From Ptychomitrium polyphyllum (lineage: Eukaryota), in NCBI GenBank assembly GCA_973851085.1, contig OZ316776.1, positions 8,556,001 through 8,620,000 on the forward strand: a stretch of 64,000 nucleotides of DNA, in the 5' to 3' direction. Made by a program: the position numbers and the translations under genes. A model generated the notes under the pieces. It had not been told where the DNA came from. It worked only from the letters and a program-made list of their open reading frames with translations, and did not search any database. Positions 50,132 through 63,794 of this stretch are shown here, one piece after another. How positions within the stretch are numbered: the stretch's first letter is position 1; the number at the start of each line of letters is the position of its first letter.

Positions 50132-52385
50132 ATGGCTGCTGTCGTTGCTGTAGGTGCTCGGGCATTGTTGTCGTCGGGGTTTCCAGCTTGCTTCCGGCAG
50201 AGGGCTTTGTCTAGATATGTGGGCTCGTCTTCTTTCAAGCTTTTTGGGCGCCGGGCTCATTTGAATGGGTTTCGAGGGTCACCCGCATCGGCAAGGCACT
50301 TGCATTTCAATGTATGATGAGCTTGGGATCTCATCATGCACGTGGTTCTTAGGGATTGGGTCGGGATTGCCCTAAATGATCACAGTTGTATTCAAGGGCA
50401 TGCTAGGTTTTGAACCTTTTTTTTTTTAATTTTTAATTTTAAAATTTATTGTGAAGGTTACCCTTTTGGATTCTAAATGTCTCATTTGCACCCGAATTTG
50501 AACTACCTTGATTCGTACTCCTCAGTTCTATTTGTTGATGCAATGAGGTCCTTCATGGTAACTGACCTTTGGAATTGATGATTTTCTAAATGCTTAGCGT
50601 TATGGCTTCTTCAATTGGGGCTTGGTTGCTTGAGATGGCTGTTGATAGTTTGCTTTCTGGTACATGCACTGAGTGTAATTTACTGTTGATATTGGGAGCA
50701 GGGAGGCAGAAGATTGAGTGTTACAGCCAACATGTCGACAGCCAGTGGGTCGGTGCCAGAGGCCGCGGCTAACAACCCGGGCTATTGTGATGATCCTGAT
50801 GCGGTTACCAAAAGCTACCATTTGCAGCAAACAGTGAGTATCACTTGCCATTCAAGGCTTAGTGCAGGAGGGTGTTGTGTTGTAAGCATGGTGATGTCAG
50901 GCACCAAAAGAATGGATTGCCAGAATCTTGTTCGCTTCGTGGACGTTCTTGAGGACGGTGTCATGTTTCTGATGATTTCTGGTTGTTTGTTGCTCAGATG
51001 TACAGAATCAAGGACCCTCAGAAAAGCCTGGAGTTCTACTCCAAGGTTTTGGGAATGACGTAAGCTATTGGACCTTCTTATTACAATTCATATGATCTAG
51101 AAACAGCACCAATAGTGTTTTGAGCAACTGCTATAACGAGGGCTGTCTGGGTAATGTAGGCTTATTAAAAGACTTGATTTTGAAGAGGCCAAATTTAGCC
51201 TGTACTTCCTGGGTTTTGAGGTGCGATTACTTATTGCCTTGTTTTTATATTTATTATTCTTTATAACGAAGTGCAGATTCAAATCAAAGCATACTTGATT
51301 GCATATTGTTTAGAACAAACCTTGAACATGCAGGATCCGGCGTCCATTCCGAACGACCCAGCAGAGAAAACTGCGTTCTTATTTAAATGCAGAGCTACTT
51401 TAGAGCTCACTCAGTAAGCTTCATCATTCATCTGTTTATCTTATCTGTGACTCAATGATTTGCTTGTGCTCGATACTTAGTGGCATTTTGTGGTCTGGGT
51501 TTACCCGATTGCCCTACATTCGATCGCCTGAGCGCCATTTTATCGAGTGATCCTCTCTCCCTTAACATTCAGGAGTTATCTCTGACAGTGTTTTGCCTTC
51601 TGTATACAGTAATTGGGGAACGGAATCGGATTCAAACTTCAAGGGCTATCACAACGGAAACAGTGAGCCACGAGGCTATGGTACATATTTACAAACATTG
51701 AATTTTTGATTATGCTCAACTGTTATTTTACGGTAAACCATGGCCTGTGCCTGTCACCCTGATTATGTAGTTCAGAGGCTTATATCATTTGATCGAGACA
51801 AGATGGTATTTTAGGATCTCTTTCTCAAGTCAGTGAGTGAATAACATTTAGAAACCCCTGGGTTGTAATACTAGGTTGTAGGCTGGAGGGGAAAGTGTGC
51901 TCTTAGTCACAAAGTTGCTCACATATTGCTATGATATCTTAGGGCACATCGGAATCACCGTTGATGACGTCTACAAAGCATGCGAACGTTTTGAGAAGCT
52001 GGGAGTCGAATTCGCAAAGCGCCCCAATGACGGTAAGTTTCGCCGTTTTCAGTTGCCATCATTTTAAATATTTCTTTTTGAAGAAATCTTTGCTTGAAAT
52101 ATCTAAAAAGATTTAGACTTAAATATTATGGAGACTACTCAATTTGGAAATTTGTCATACAAGTTATTTATTGGGCAAGGCAAGGTCTTACCTGAGATTT
52201 ATGTCCCAAGAACAAACATGCGAACGATGCAAATGAAGAATAAATGAGAGTGGGCTTGTATATTTCTATGGGACATTGCAGGAAGGATGAAGGGACTTGC
52301 GTTCATCAAGGACCCTGATGGTTACTGGATTGAGATTTTCAGCGTGGGTGGCATGTCTGGGTTGATCGATGGCCCGTCGTCTTAA
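50132..52385 (+). CDS. GLYI: Lactoylglutathione lyase (glyoxalase I), Zn-type single-domain form with organellar leader, 8 exons
   Basis: [98 protein letters not shown] metal ligands present; TAA 52383-52385. Confidence 0.96.
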
Positions 52386-53206
52386 AAGTACTGCCATCCA
52401 TGCAAGGGAGATTTATAGCTGAGTCCTGCACTGCAGTGAATAGCCCCGGTAGATTCTAGTTGTGACGACCTATGGTGAACCTTCAGGATGTGTGTAGTTT
52501 CCACTCTTGTAATTGGTAATTTAATCATACGAGCACTCCGTTTGGAGTTGAATTCTCTTGTATATGTCTTGTCCATCATTGTACTGCGAATGTCCTGGAT
52601 ATTTGCAACGAAAAACCTTGTAGAATACAACATGACAACAATCTCATCGAAGGCCACGAGAAAACCAAGACTAACGTCGGTCGTGCATCTGCTTCGATGG
52701 CACTTGATGCGAAGAAAACAGATTAAAGTTTGCTTAGCTCGTAGCCAAAATTACTTAAGGCCCTTCTTGCACATCCATCTGGCACGAATTAGAAAGCTTG
52801 AAAGTAGCTCAACTATGTAAACATCGACCAAAACTGGAAAGCTAAATCTGGGCCGAGTCTGCTACATTATGGTCGCCGCAAACTTCACCTTTGAAGCTCT
52901 GAGCTGATCATTGGAAATGTGTCCATTCAAACTTAAGAAGATTTCTGTAATTACCCAAATACAAGTTTTCAAAAGCAGCTCACTTAACCTGGATGAGGCT
53001 GTATCATGGACGATTCATGGACGAATGTTGGCGATCTGTCGACTGGCGGCAGACGAGAAGCGCCCAACGGAAGGGAAAAATTGCAGCTGCACGAAGGAGG
53101 TGAGCTCTTATGCTGCCAGGCTTTGGAATTGCGAGAGAGCAGCGGCAGGCAGTCGCCGTCACGTCACCCATTTTTGGGGTCATCTGCTGATTTCATATCT
53201 GTCGAG

Positions 53207-55495
53207 ATGGCGATTCTGCACACGATGGAGGAGGACGGTAATGTAGCGCACGGCGGTGACGATCTGGACCTCCAAGTAGTCGTGCCCGAGGATGTACAGG
53301 CTGTGATGAACGCCGCAGAGTATGGTGACGCTGGGGCGCTCTCGGCTGCTCTAGGTCTCTCGCAGCTTGCTCCTGCTTTTCACTTTGCTCCAGCTTCTGG
53401 GTTTGGGATCTACCTTTATGGATCAATGTGCACTGTGTAACCGTTTCTTTGTAAATTAGATCTAAGGCTGAGGATCACTTGCGGTTTTTCCTCAGTTGCC
53501 CAGTTTGGATTGTCACATCTTATTTGTTGCGTTTGAATTATTAGCTTCTTTGTCAACTACTTGTTAACATGTATTTGAAGATCCTGGAGAGACGTCTTTG
53601 ATGTAACTTCTGTGAGATTTGAAAATCGTGAGTAGAAGCTAGAGTGTGGCTGTTCCCTGTTTTTTTTATAATGAAACCCTAATTTTATACATCGTGTGCT
53701 TTGGGGTTCTGATGAGCTCGAATCGAGCTGATCATGACGTTTTCTTATCCTCAAAGGGTGTTCCAAAGGTCGACTTTCGAAGTGTGTTGGTTATCAGGGT
53801 AGATAGAGGACGCATTCGTTTGAAATTGGGATTGTAGCTTATTCGTACGGTCAGATAGTTCAAAGGTTTTGAGCTAATGGCAAGGGATGTTTCTTTGACT
53901 TTCAGCCAACCTCGAGAGTGGCGTTGATTGTGAGGGCGAAGACGGTGACAGACCACTCCATATTGCTTGTCTTTACGGCCATCTTTCTTGCGTACAGGTA
54001 TGCTGGAAGTTCCACTCCTCCAGCTGGTCATGAATTTTTTTAAATTGTATTGGTATAGGTTGTGCCAAAACATAGGGTTATTTGAACTTGATGCTCGGTA
54101 GGGAGAACAGTTTTTGTGGCAAAACTTAAGGCTTTGGTTGTCGCCAGTGCAATTAGATATTTTCAATGAATTGTTTCAGTTTGGATATTTAGTCGTCTTC
54201 AGAAATCCTACAGGGTCATGTTTCTGAAAGAGCGTCCTTAAATGATTAGGCTTGTGTCTAGATTCGTTATGAGTTAGAAGGTCAGGATACAGGTTAATTC
54301 TAGCCAGATTAATATATGCTTGTACAAAAACATGTGGAAATGGTTTCTTTAGCTCTGGTCCACTCTCGTCAAGTAGGAAGTGCCGCTGAGCCTTTCAGTC
54401 CATGTACCTTTTTGAAAATGTAACGACGGGGGTGGGGTGCCAGATTCTGCTTGCAGCAGGTGCGAATATCGAAGTCAGAGATGAGGATGGAGGGTTACCC
54501 CTGCACGATGCATGCGCAGGAGGTAACGAGCACATCAGCTGAATTCTGTTATTTCAGAGTCGTTAGACGGATTCTTCTTGTGTAATTTTGATCTATAGAT
54601 ATGGTGTAGCTGATACACATCAGGGCGCTTCCAGACCCGAGCATTTCTTTGTTCTATATGATAGTCTTGAAACATTTCTTGGACCGAAAATGCTAATCAT
54701 ATGCGACTTTTCATTTCAATGAATTCTTGTCTTTTGTAGGGTACAGGGAGATTGTGAGCATGTTGCTTCGCGCTGCCAGCAGCCAGGAGCAGATTAAACG
54801 TGTTTTGGACTCATTTGACATTGATGGTGACACGGTATAAATATACATATATTTCTTTTCTATCCTAATGTAGAATTTTTTATATACAAGCATCTGCAAT
54901 CCTGGTGAGGTGTACTTTCAAAGATGCAAATTTGCTTTTTGTGGCTGACTCTAGGGTCTAATCGCATCTACAATTCAAGAAAATACTCATTGTATGCTTT
55001 GCGATGAAGAAATATCATTCTCTCTCGTTTTGATGTCTTTTGGTAATATATTTCACCGCTCTGTAAATCAGGTTCTGCAGCAACATGGATTAAAAAAAGT
55101 TATTGCGAGGGTATCTAAACATCAAAACATAAGAGTATGTCCTATTTCCTGTAGCCCCATGTGTCAGACACTAAACCTTTTTGTTTTGGTTGATTATGCA
55201 GCCTTTGCACCACGCAGCAAGAGGCAATCATTCAGATGTTGTGCAGTTGCTTCTTGACTCAGGAGCAAACCCAAAGATTTCAAATCTTGTTGGACAGGTA
55301 TTAAAGTTTATTGTAGTCCCATTCGTAATGCCGTGTATTTAAATGAGTGGGCTGCTTGAGCAATGATGTAAATATATGCTAATCTATATCCTCGAAATGC
55401 AGTTGCCAGGAGACTTGGCCGACCCAGATTCTCCAGCACAAGTCCGGCTAAATGCTGCTGTGGAGAAGCTAAATGCTGAAGCAACACAAACGTAA
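53207..55495 (+). CDS. Small ankyrin-repeat protein, 6 exons
   Basis: Acidic N-terminus, then NAAEYGD, GDRPLHIACLYGHLSCVQ|ILLAAGANIEVRDEDGGLPLHDACAGG|YREIV, GDT|PLHHAARGNHSDVVQLLLDSGANP; TAA 55493-55495. The start could also be 53006 or 53225. Confidence 0.9.
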
Positions 55496-57125
55496 TGGTG
55501 TGATGAATCTCCCCCAATAGCTTCAAAACTGCGGCTAATGTGAATGGAAAGCTAAGTTCATTTGTTGTACTTGGATGAAACCAGGGTCCTTTTGTCGGCT
55601 TTTTAAATCTGCCATGTAGAAGTCAAATGATAGCGGTTAATTTGTGCCTATTGCACTGTTGCGCTGTATAAGCTTATAATGCTAAGAGCGTTCTTTGATC
55701 TGGAAAGCCTAGATCAGTATGATTGCAGACTCAGGACATTGGTTGCTGGTCATTGGTATGAAGTACCCTGTGTGAATCATTTCGGTTCACACTTATACTA
55801 TGATCACACTCAAGGCGGCTTTTTCACTTCAGATTGAGGTGTGGTGATGATTTAGACGAGGGAAGTAACAGTATTTCTGGAATTTTTCCCAGTTTTTGAA
55901 TGCATATAGTTTGTGCTATTGTAACGTTGTGAACTTGGTTAATGAATCGTGACCTTCTAGACGAAGTGCTTCTGTACTGCTGTTCTCTGTATGCACTCCG
56001 AGCTTGGTGTCGAAATGTTTTACCAGTTCCATGATCGGTATCTTCTTGCCCATCTCGAACATTTGACCGACAATAATATGTGCTGTTGGTAGGCCCTCAT
56101 GGCGTAGGCAGACTCTTTTGTGGGGTACTTCCTCCTTTCAGTTGGAGAACCATATTTACATTTATTATTAAGGTTATTAGAACTTTTTTAAGATTTATAC
56201 TCTACAATTAAAGAACCATGAAAGTTCCTAAAGGTATGAACAAAATTAAGATTGAGTTAAAAATCAAAATTGAATTACAAAAGGATGCAAAAATGAATGC
56301 ACGCAGCATACTTCTAATTCAACTCCAATATTGGAGCATTCTTTATAAATTATGATAACTCACCTTGGCATTGGAATATTGGTAATTAATGATAAAATAG
56401 AATAAATGTATGTGACAACAAGCTAATGGATGTTGCAATTAACATTAATGAGTTGGACTCATGGATATCCTCAAGCATCAATTGGTTTTTTATTTACAAC
56501 AAAATTGTATGTTTAAAGATGGAATTATAGCCTTCAAAGAAAGTCTCTAAAAAGGACTCTAAAGAATGCTATGAACATCCAAACATTCTTCAAACTTAAT
56601 CAATGCACATTATAAAGTACATATGTAACCACTCATTAGAAACTATTCAATATCTTGATAGATTACATAATTAAAACCAAAACCTTGAGGATCATTTTTC
56701 TTTGATTTAAAATTTATTCTTAAATCAAAATAACTAAATTGGATTTCAAATTAAATCTAAAATTTGTAATAAAAATATTACATTTATTAAAGATACCGAA
56801 AAGAATTATTAAGTGTTTTTGTACAAAGAAATTTGATTTTTGATACATTTTGTTCTTTAAAATTTGGGCCATTTTTTGACACTGCAAGGTCATGTTTGGC
56901 TACATCAATTCATTTTATTAAACTGGCTTGTATTCATGTATTCTTGAGATCATGGTGAATTTCTTGTTGAAATTCATTCTTATAGATAAGAATCATTAAC
57001 AAAGTATTTTTTAAATTTAGACTTTTAATTAAACTTTAGAGTGCCACATTCAAGAAAAGAATCCAAATCTAGTAAAAATCTTGTTTATATTTATAAAGTC
57101 AAATTTTGATAGTAATTATTTTGTA

Positions 57126-57225
57126 NNNNNNNNNNNNNNNNNNNNNNNNNNNNNNNNNNNNNNNNNNNNNNNNNNNNNNNNNNNNNNNNNNNNNNNNNNN
57201 NNNNNNNNNNNNNNNNNNNNNNNNN
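57126..57225. other. Assembly gap (100 N)
   Basis: Run of exactly 100 N, the usual placeholder for a gap of unknown size. Confidence 1.
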
Positions 57226-59644
57226 CCTTCATAAATTTTTAAAAGATCTAACTATTGTTGACTTCCAAATATCCATTAAAATTAGAATTATAAAATTCCA
57301 AATGGTATCTAATAAAGTGATTTGGATTTTGAGTTTTAAGAAGCATATTTGGCAAATTGGCTTCAAAGATGGAATTATATATAAAAATTTGGGCCTTTTA
57401 GAAACGAAGGATTAAATAATTAATAATTACATTATTAATTGCAAATTATAGCCAAGCACAAGTTTTATAATGATGGACAAATCTGAAATCACATTTTATA
57501 CAATTTCTACATGGTTGACTCTTGCATCGTGTTATTTTTTTATGAAATTTATTTTATATGAAATCAAAGGTTGGAAATTATTTTTGGAATTTTTGAAAAT
57601 ATAGTTTGAATTTTAGGAAGTTAAACAAGTTTAATAGAATGTGATTACAGATAATCTATTCAAATGCCATTTTATGATTACAATTGTAGTGTAAATGATG
57701 TTTACAACCTTTCTTTTCTTGCAATTCTTTTTAATTCTTAAAATTTCTTAAAAGAGTCACTGAAGTCTATTTTTTAGAAGATGCTGATAAAATATTTAGA
57801 AGCAATAAAGTTGCTCATTGAACTCATTTGATTCTTTTTGAATAAAATCTCAATAAAGACTTGAATTTACTATGGTGCACTTTTTAATACTTTGGTTTTA
57901 ACCTAGATTTTTTTTATTTGTAGTTACACAATTATGCAGATATTGCTTGGAGAACAGCTGGAGTTCCTTGTTCTCTTGCTTGCTATCCGAAAAATTTGTC
58001 TCAGTGAAAAACTCACCAAAAACCATCAATACACAACTCAATAATCCTTGTAAACATCTTCTCTCAAATATGTACTTCCATTTTCTAAAAGTACCATTTG
58101 TTTTTAAAAAACAGACACTATTGAAGATGAGGCCTTTAATAAGCCCATCTCATTAATCTTTACATTTAGATGCATTTATTACAATTCATAATTGATTTTC
58201 ACATTTGAATGCCCAAGTTTTCATTTAAACCATTTAAAAGGTGAAGTGTAATAAATGATAAGGTCTTTTTTATTTATGTAATTACTATTGTAGAAAAAAT
58301 ACTAAACATAGAATAATATACATAAAATATAAAATGATGAGATTTTGATATTATTAAGTGGTTTTAAAGTATTTTAAAGAATTTTCTAATTTTTTTTTAC
58401 AAAACATAGTTTGGATGTTTTTATTTGTTTCATATCTCAAAATTTACTACTTGGTCATATGCAATTTTCAAATTGAACAAGAAGCATAAAGTTTGATTTT
58501 CAATACAAGCATATATTATTTTTACTATTGAAAGATGGTATAACACTACAACTTTGTTCACTTTTAATTATCATTGAAAGTAGGTCAATTTTTGGAAAAT
58601 GACTACAAATTAATGATAAAGTTTAATCAAATGTATAAATTATTTTAAATATTATTGCTAATTATAAAATATAGTTGTAGAATAGGCATTTCTAAGATTG
58701 AAGAAACCAAAATGATATGTATTAAGGTCTTATAAGACTAACAAATAATAAAAGGGTCATACAATTTTCTTTTGAAAAATTGATATAGTGGTAATTTTCT
58801 TGAATAACTTAAAATTTTGAGTTATTTATGGTTTTTAACTTTTTACATATATTTACTAAATATTGTATGCACTTTAAATTAGTTTAATTAAAAATCTTTT
58901 GGCAAATGTTTTTTTGTTTTTATTTTTTAATAAAAAATTATAATAATTAAAATTTAAATAATCTTCATACTATATTATAGTTTAGTTTAATTAAAAACCA
59001 AATTCTTTATAAAAAGTTAAAACACAATGGAAAATATGTACATGGAATTAATTTGATTCATTATAATATTATAATATTTAATTAAATTTTAATCACTTAT
59101 GCATTCATAAGGAAATTTGTGCCAAATAATGAACAAAATTAGACTGGACTACTTTAAACTTCACATATTGGAATCTATGTATTGATAATCAAAAGTTATA
59201 TGTAATAATAATCATAACAAATTTCTTTGAAGATATTGAATGATTTTGGATTCTTTTGGCTAAAACTTTCTAAACTATTATATCATCATACACAAAATTT
59301 ATATAAAAAAACTTCTAAAACATAATAAACTACAAGTTTTATAACATTGTTAAAATTACTAATCTTTTATTTTTTTGCTTAATTCAACATGATTTTTAGT
59401 TATGGAAATAATATACATGTGTAAGCAATGCCACTTCATTAAATGCTTAAATTGTGTACCAATCATTAGATTGTGTACTTGGTAGCTTTCCTAAGTGACT
59501 CCTATAATTATTAATTTAATATTATTTTGATTATAAAATTATGCTTTTAAAAGATATATATTAAATTTAATCTTTTCAATGAAGATTCCAAATTTAAAGA
59601 TGTTTATAAGCAACTTACATTTGTTTCAAAAAGTTAAAAATCAA

Positions 59645-59704
59645 TAATAAATGATAATGAAGGTATATGGTAATAAATGATAATGAAGGTATATGGTAAT
59701 AAAT
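59645..59704. repeat. 26-bp tandem duplication
   Basis: taataaatgataatgaaggtatatgg twice, plus a partial copy. Confidence 0.85.
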
Positions 59705-60174
59705 TATAATAAATGGTAATAAGGACTATATATGATAATAAATACATGAAAGCATGAAGACATAAATTTAATCTAACTATAATGTGTCCAAATTCCCCTC
59801 AATTTTTTAAATTTAGAATCAATTTCAACAACACAATTATATATGGATTCGTTCTTAAAGCATAAAGTTTTATGAAATACACTTAGAAACTTGTTTTGCT
59901 ACAAAAATGAGAAAATTAATTTTAGGATGTTTTTTAATGGATCAATGAGGAGTTTTTGTAGTGTCAAGGCATAAGTCAAGTGCCTAGTGCTAGTCAAGTT
60001 TTTTTAAGCCTATCCTTTATTTGCTCTAAATGCCTAATGTTCTCCTAATTAATCTTTGGAACTAAAAGTGTTTTAATATTTATGTCATGAATGTAGAGTC
60101 TATCATTTATAGGAAGAATACACTCTAAAAGCACAAGGTGAGGAAGAAATTACGGCTTTGGTAGAGGATGCCCA

Positions 60175-60216
60175 AGAGGGGAGAGGGGAGAGGGGAGAGG
60201 GGAGAGGGGAGAGGGG
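60175..60216. repeat. (AGAGGGG) x6 purine tract
   Basis: Six perfect 7-mers giving six GGGG runs. Confidence 0.9.
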
Positions 60217-63098
60217 TGAGTGAAGGATTGCCATGTGGCAAGTCAAGCAGTTTGGCAAACTATGAAAAATGCCAACTGGTATGGTAGACACGAAGCAATG
60301 ACGATGAATAGACTGGGGGAGAAATCCTGTGGAAGTCACATGTGAAGATCCTGAAGGAGATTGAATGGACCTGCTGTGTAATCTGCAGGATTCCCTTGAG
60401 TTGTGGTCCACTTTATGAGAAGTCCCACTCAGTCAAGGAGCAGAATCCTTGGCACACAGTAATGCTCCAGTTCCATGTGAGGGTCCGGTGATATGACACA
60501 TAACAAGAATTGTGTGTCCAGAATCACCATACCAGGGAGATTCCTCAAAACCTGACGCATACTTACAATAGACCTATCCAACATGGAACCCTCAATCCTT
60601 GAAAGGGGCTGCCATATCTCCTAAATCCAGGCCTCGCTACACCAGGCTCTACTGACCGGGACACAAGTACATGCGTCCGTAGGTACCCCCTACTATTCCT
60701 GACTACAGATACGTTACAGTGGAGCAGTGTACCCCTCTCCAGAGAGTATAGTGTACATGTACATATACTAAACCATCAACCAAATAAACATCCAATAAAG
60801 TCGAGAAGCGAACATAAGTCACCAAGCTACAGAAAATTCTTCAAAGTTCAAATCCCCATGGGTAGCCTGATCTAGAAAGGTGGTAGTGCTGAGGTTAATT
60901 GCATTGGAATCTGCTGACTCTATTTCGCTCCTTTAAAAGAGAATTCCAAAACCCCACGGTACTAAAAGTTGGAAGATCAGTCACGAGAGACACTTTGTGT
61001 AAACTACTGTATACTCCGGATATCTGTCCTCTAATGTTCACTTCATGCACAGTACATACAGTACCAGTAACCAGATAATCATTCCGGTAAGGAACGATGA
61101 TGAAGGGGTGTGGGCCCACCCACTCCCCATTTTGATCCGAACTCTATCCGCAGTGGCAGTGGACCACAGTCAAAAATCCCCATAATAACCCCCAGAAACA
61201 TCAAAAATATAAAATCAAATTAAAAACCACCCCGACCAATCTAATGCCCCAATCCCCCCAACTGTCGGCTTCCAGCATCAGGCCCCCTCTGACACCAAAA
61301 ATAGCAGGTCGGCAGAAAGGCACGCCCCCGGCCCCACACAGAACCACAGAAAATAATGAGAAGAACCCTCCCACGCTCCTACATACCATGAACACACGCC
61401 GGCCCCTTTAATTGTTTACTTCAGTCGAGCCGCACTCGCTCCGCCTCAAATCATTCATGATACTTAACCAGCGTAGCGGTTACTCTACTTGAGTAAAGAA
61501 TCAATCAGACATGCCCTGGAAGCTGTCGTGCACGACGCACACCGCAGATACATGCTGAGCTCCCCAGCACGAGCCTGGACTGATCCGAGAGGGTCGATGA
61601 TCCGGAACCGACCGAAGACCCGATCAAACACCCGATCAGTGGGCATCCATGCCATGCAATGAGGGCGAGAGGAGACCGGTTCAGATCAGACTGAGGGCCT
61701 GAGACAGTTTTTGTACTAGTACAAACTGAGGGTGGTTAACGGGGGAGTGAGTACGGTTTTGACTGGTGTTGTAGTATAGTATCAGCAGGGCGGTGGGGAG
61801 ACAGAGCAGGGGTGGATCGATGGTACCGGAGCTGGCCGGGCCTTGACGGCGGCAGCGGGAGCGAGAGACTGACGTTACGTAATGGTGGGACAGGGAGCTG
61901 GATCAAGGCGAGGAGAATAGGGGCGGGCGCCCATCGATAACGTAGCGCGTTGAACCGTGCGCCTACAGGGCGATGCGAGGGACGAGGAGGGATGCATGAT
62001 GCACGAGCATGAGTCATGCGGCAAGCGCTGCGGGAGTGAGTCAGTCAGGCAGTCCGTGACAGGACACAGGACCTGCCTGTCGACGCGCGCGGGCACAGGG
62101 CAGGATGCCGGGGCGATGGAATCATGGCACGGTGCTTCGGGAGCCGGGCCGATCAGGAATGGGGCGGCTATAGCGTGACGTTTGCGGGGCGTTGTACGAT
62201 GCGCGGAGGACACAGGCACGGCGGCGGACATGGGGGCCGCGCGGGTGGGGCGCGCTGGACCGTGGACGAAGCTGGACGGACAGACTGACTGGGCACACAG
62301 GCGCTGGGGACATGCACTAGTGCTGGTGTTGGTTTCTGGTGCAGAGTCGGCTAGCGTTGGTTTTTCGTTGTCCGGGTCCCCACTAGTAGTTGGGTTGGAG
62401 CGCGAGCGAGCGAGCGAGTGAGCGAGCGAGAGAGCGAGAGTCGCAGGAGTCTCGGTCACCCGGAACTTTAGGGTACGAATTGCGGGTGCCCGGCCACGGG
62501 ATCAGTGGCCCAATGCGGGTGCGTAACGTGTGAGGGGGTGTCGTGGGTAGATCGCAACGGATGTGCGGGAAGGACTCTCTCTTCTCTCTCTCTCGCAGCC
62601 ACTCTCTCTTTGCCTCACATGCCTCTCTCCCTTGCTCGCTCTCAGTGTTCTTTAGTTCATTGTTGATGGGTTAGGCCGTGAGGAAACTCTTCTTTTGATG
62701 TTGCTGCACTCGGGTGTGGATCCCAAGTGTTGTTGATTGATCGTGAAGTGGTGCGAGCAGGGTGAGAGAGTAGGGGGAAGTACGAGGTTGATTGTGAGTG
62801 TAGGTTCTTTGAGTCGCGGTGATGGTTTTGAAGTGAGTTCATGCATAATGAAGATGAGTTTTAGTGTGGGGAAGATGGTTGTTTTCGTGGAGCTTCCCGT
62901 GAGTTGATTATTGATGTATTGCTTGACATGCCAATTCTGGAAGTTTTCTGAGTTCAGTGGGAGTCAAGGGGGCGAGAAATGGCTAAATTTGGAGTGATAG
63001 TGAGCGTCGCGGGGATGCGTCGGGGGATCGTGTAGTGGTGGTTTTGGGAGAGCTTGGGGCGGTGGGAGGAGGCGAAAGGGCGGCAGGTGGAGAAGATT

Positions 63099-63794
63099 AT
63101 GGGGGCGCAGAAGAACAGTAGGCAAGGGTTGGCAGAGGTAGACATCGTGGTGGACATAAGCCGAGGGACGAGAGCGCAGAATACAATTGCGACGAAAATG
63201 GCGGCAGCAGGCGACGTTGACGCTAAGAGTGCACTTCCGCATGGTGACGATCATCCGTCATCAGGTACGACGCGGAGTAGTGATGGGAAGCCCGACGTTG
63301 TGGACGCGGTACCGAACCAGGGTGAGAACGAGAAGGATGTGACGTCGCGACCCGACGACGCGATGGAGGACGCCACCCAAGAGGAGCCGGAAGAGGGATC
63401 GCCCAAAACAGAGTCGACGGCCTATGCAATGGCGAATGGGAATGCAGCGCCTAAGAACGACGTCGACCTTGTGTCGAAATTGGGCGCAGAAGTGCAGGGA
63501 GTGGAGAGCCCTGCCAAAGACTCGGGTGGGTTAAGCGCGGGTGACAGCGTGGTGTCGAACGGTTTGCCGCAGTTCGACAAGGATAGAGAGCGGTTGATGA
63601 AGAACGACGCGTCTCGCAAGCGGAAGAAGACGATCCATTACATCAATTCTAGGGTACCTCATTCTAGGGCACCCAACGCTGTTGTTCCGCCTGCACCGGA
63701 GAGCGAGGAAGGGTCCGATGGCCAAGATAGCCCCGAGGAAGCAGACGATGTGCCCGTGCGCCCCAGTCAAGCCCCGCGTGCAGCTGCGACGAAG
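63099..63794 (+). CDS. First coding exon of an unidentified gene (acidic/disordered N-terminus, NLS-like RKRKK); the gene presumably continues beyond the window
   Basis: Long GC-rich ORF ending at donor AAG|GTTGGT (63794/5). It is preceded by a CT-rich leader (about 62580-62645) and a candidate acceptor at about 62957. The start could be 63198. Confidence 0.6.

Noticed and set aside
61736..62459. 194-aa and neighbouring minus-strand ORFs
   Set aside because: Low-complexity products of a GC-rich promoter/leader region; no homology recognised.
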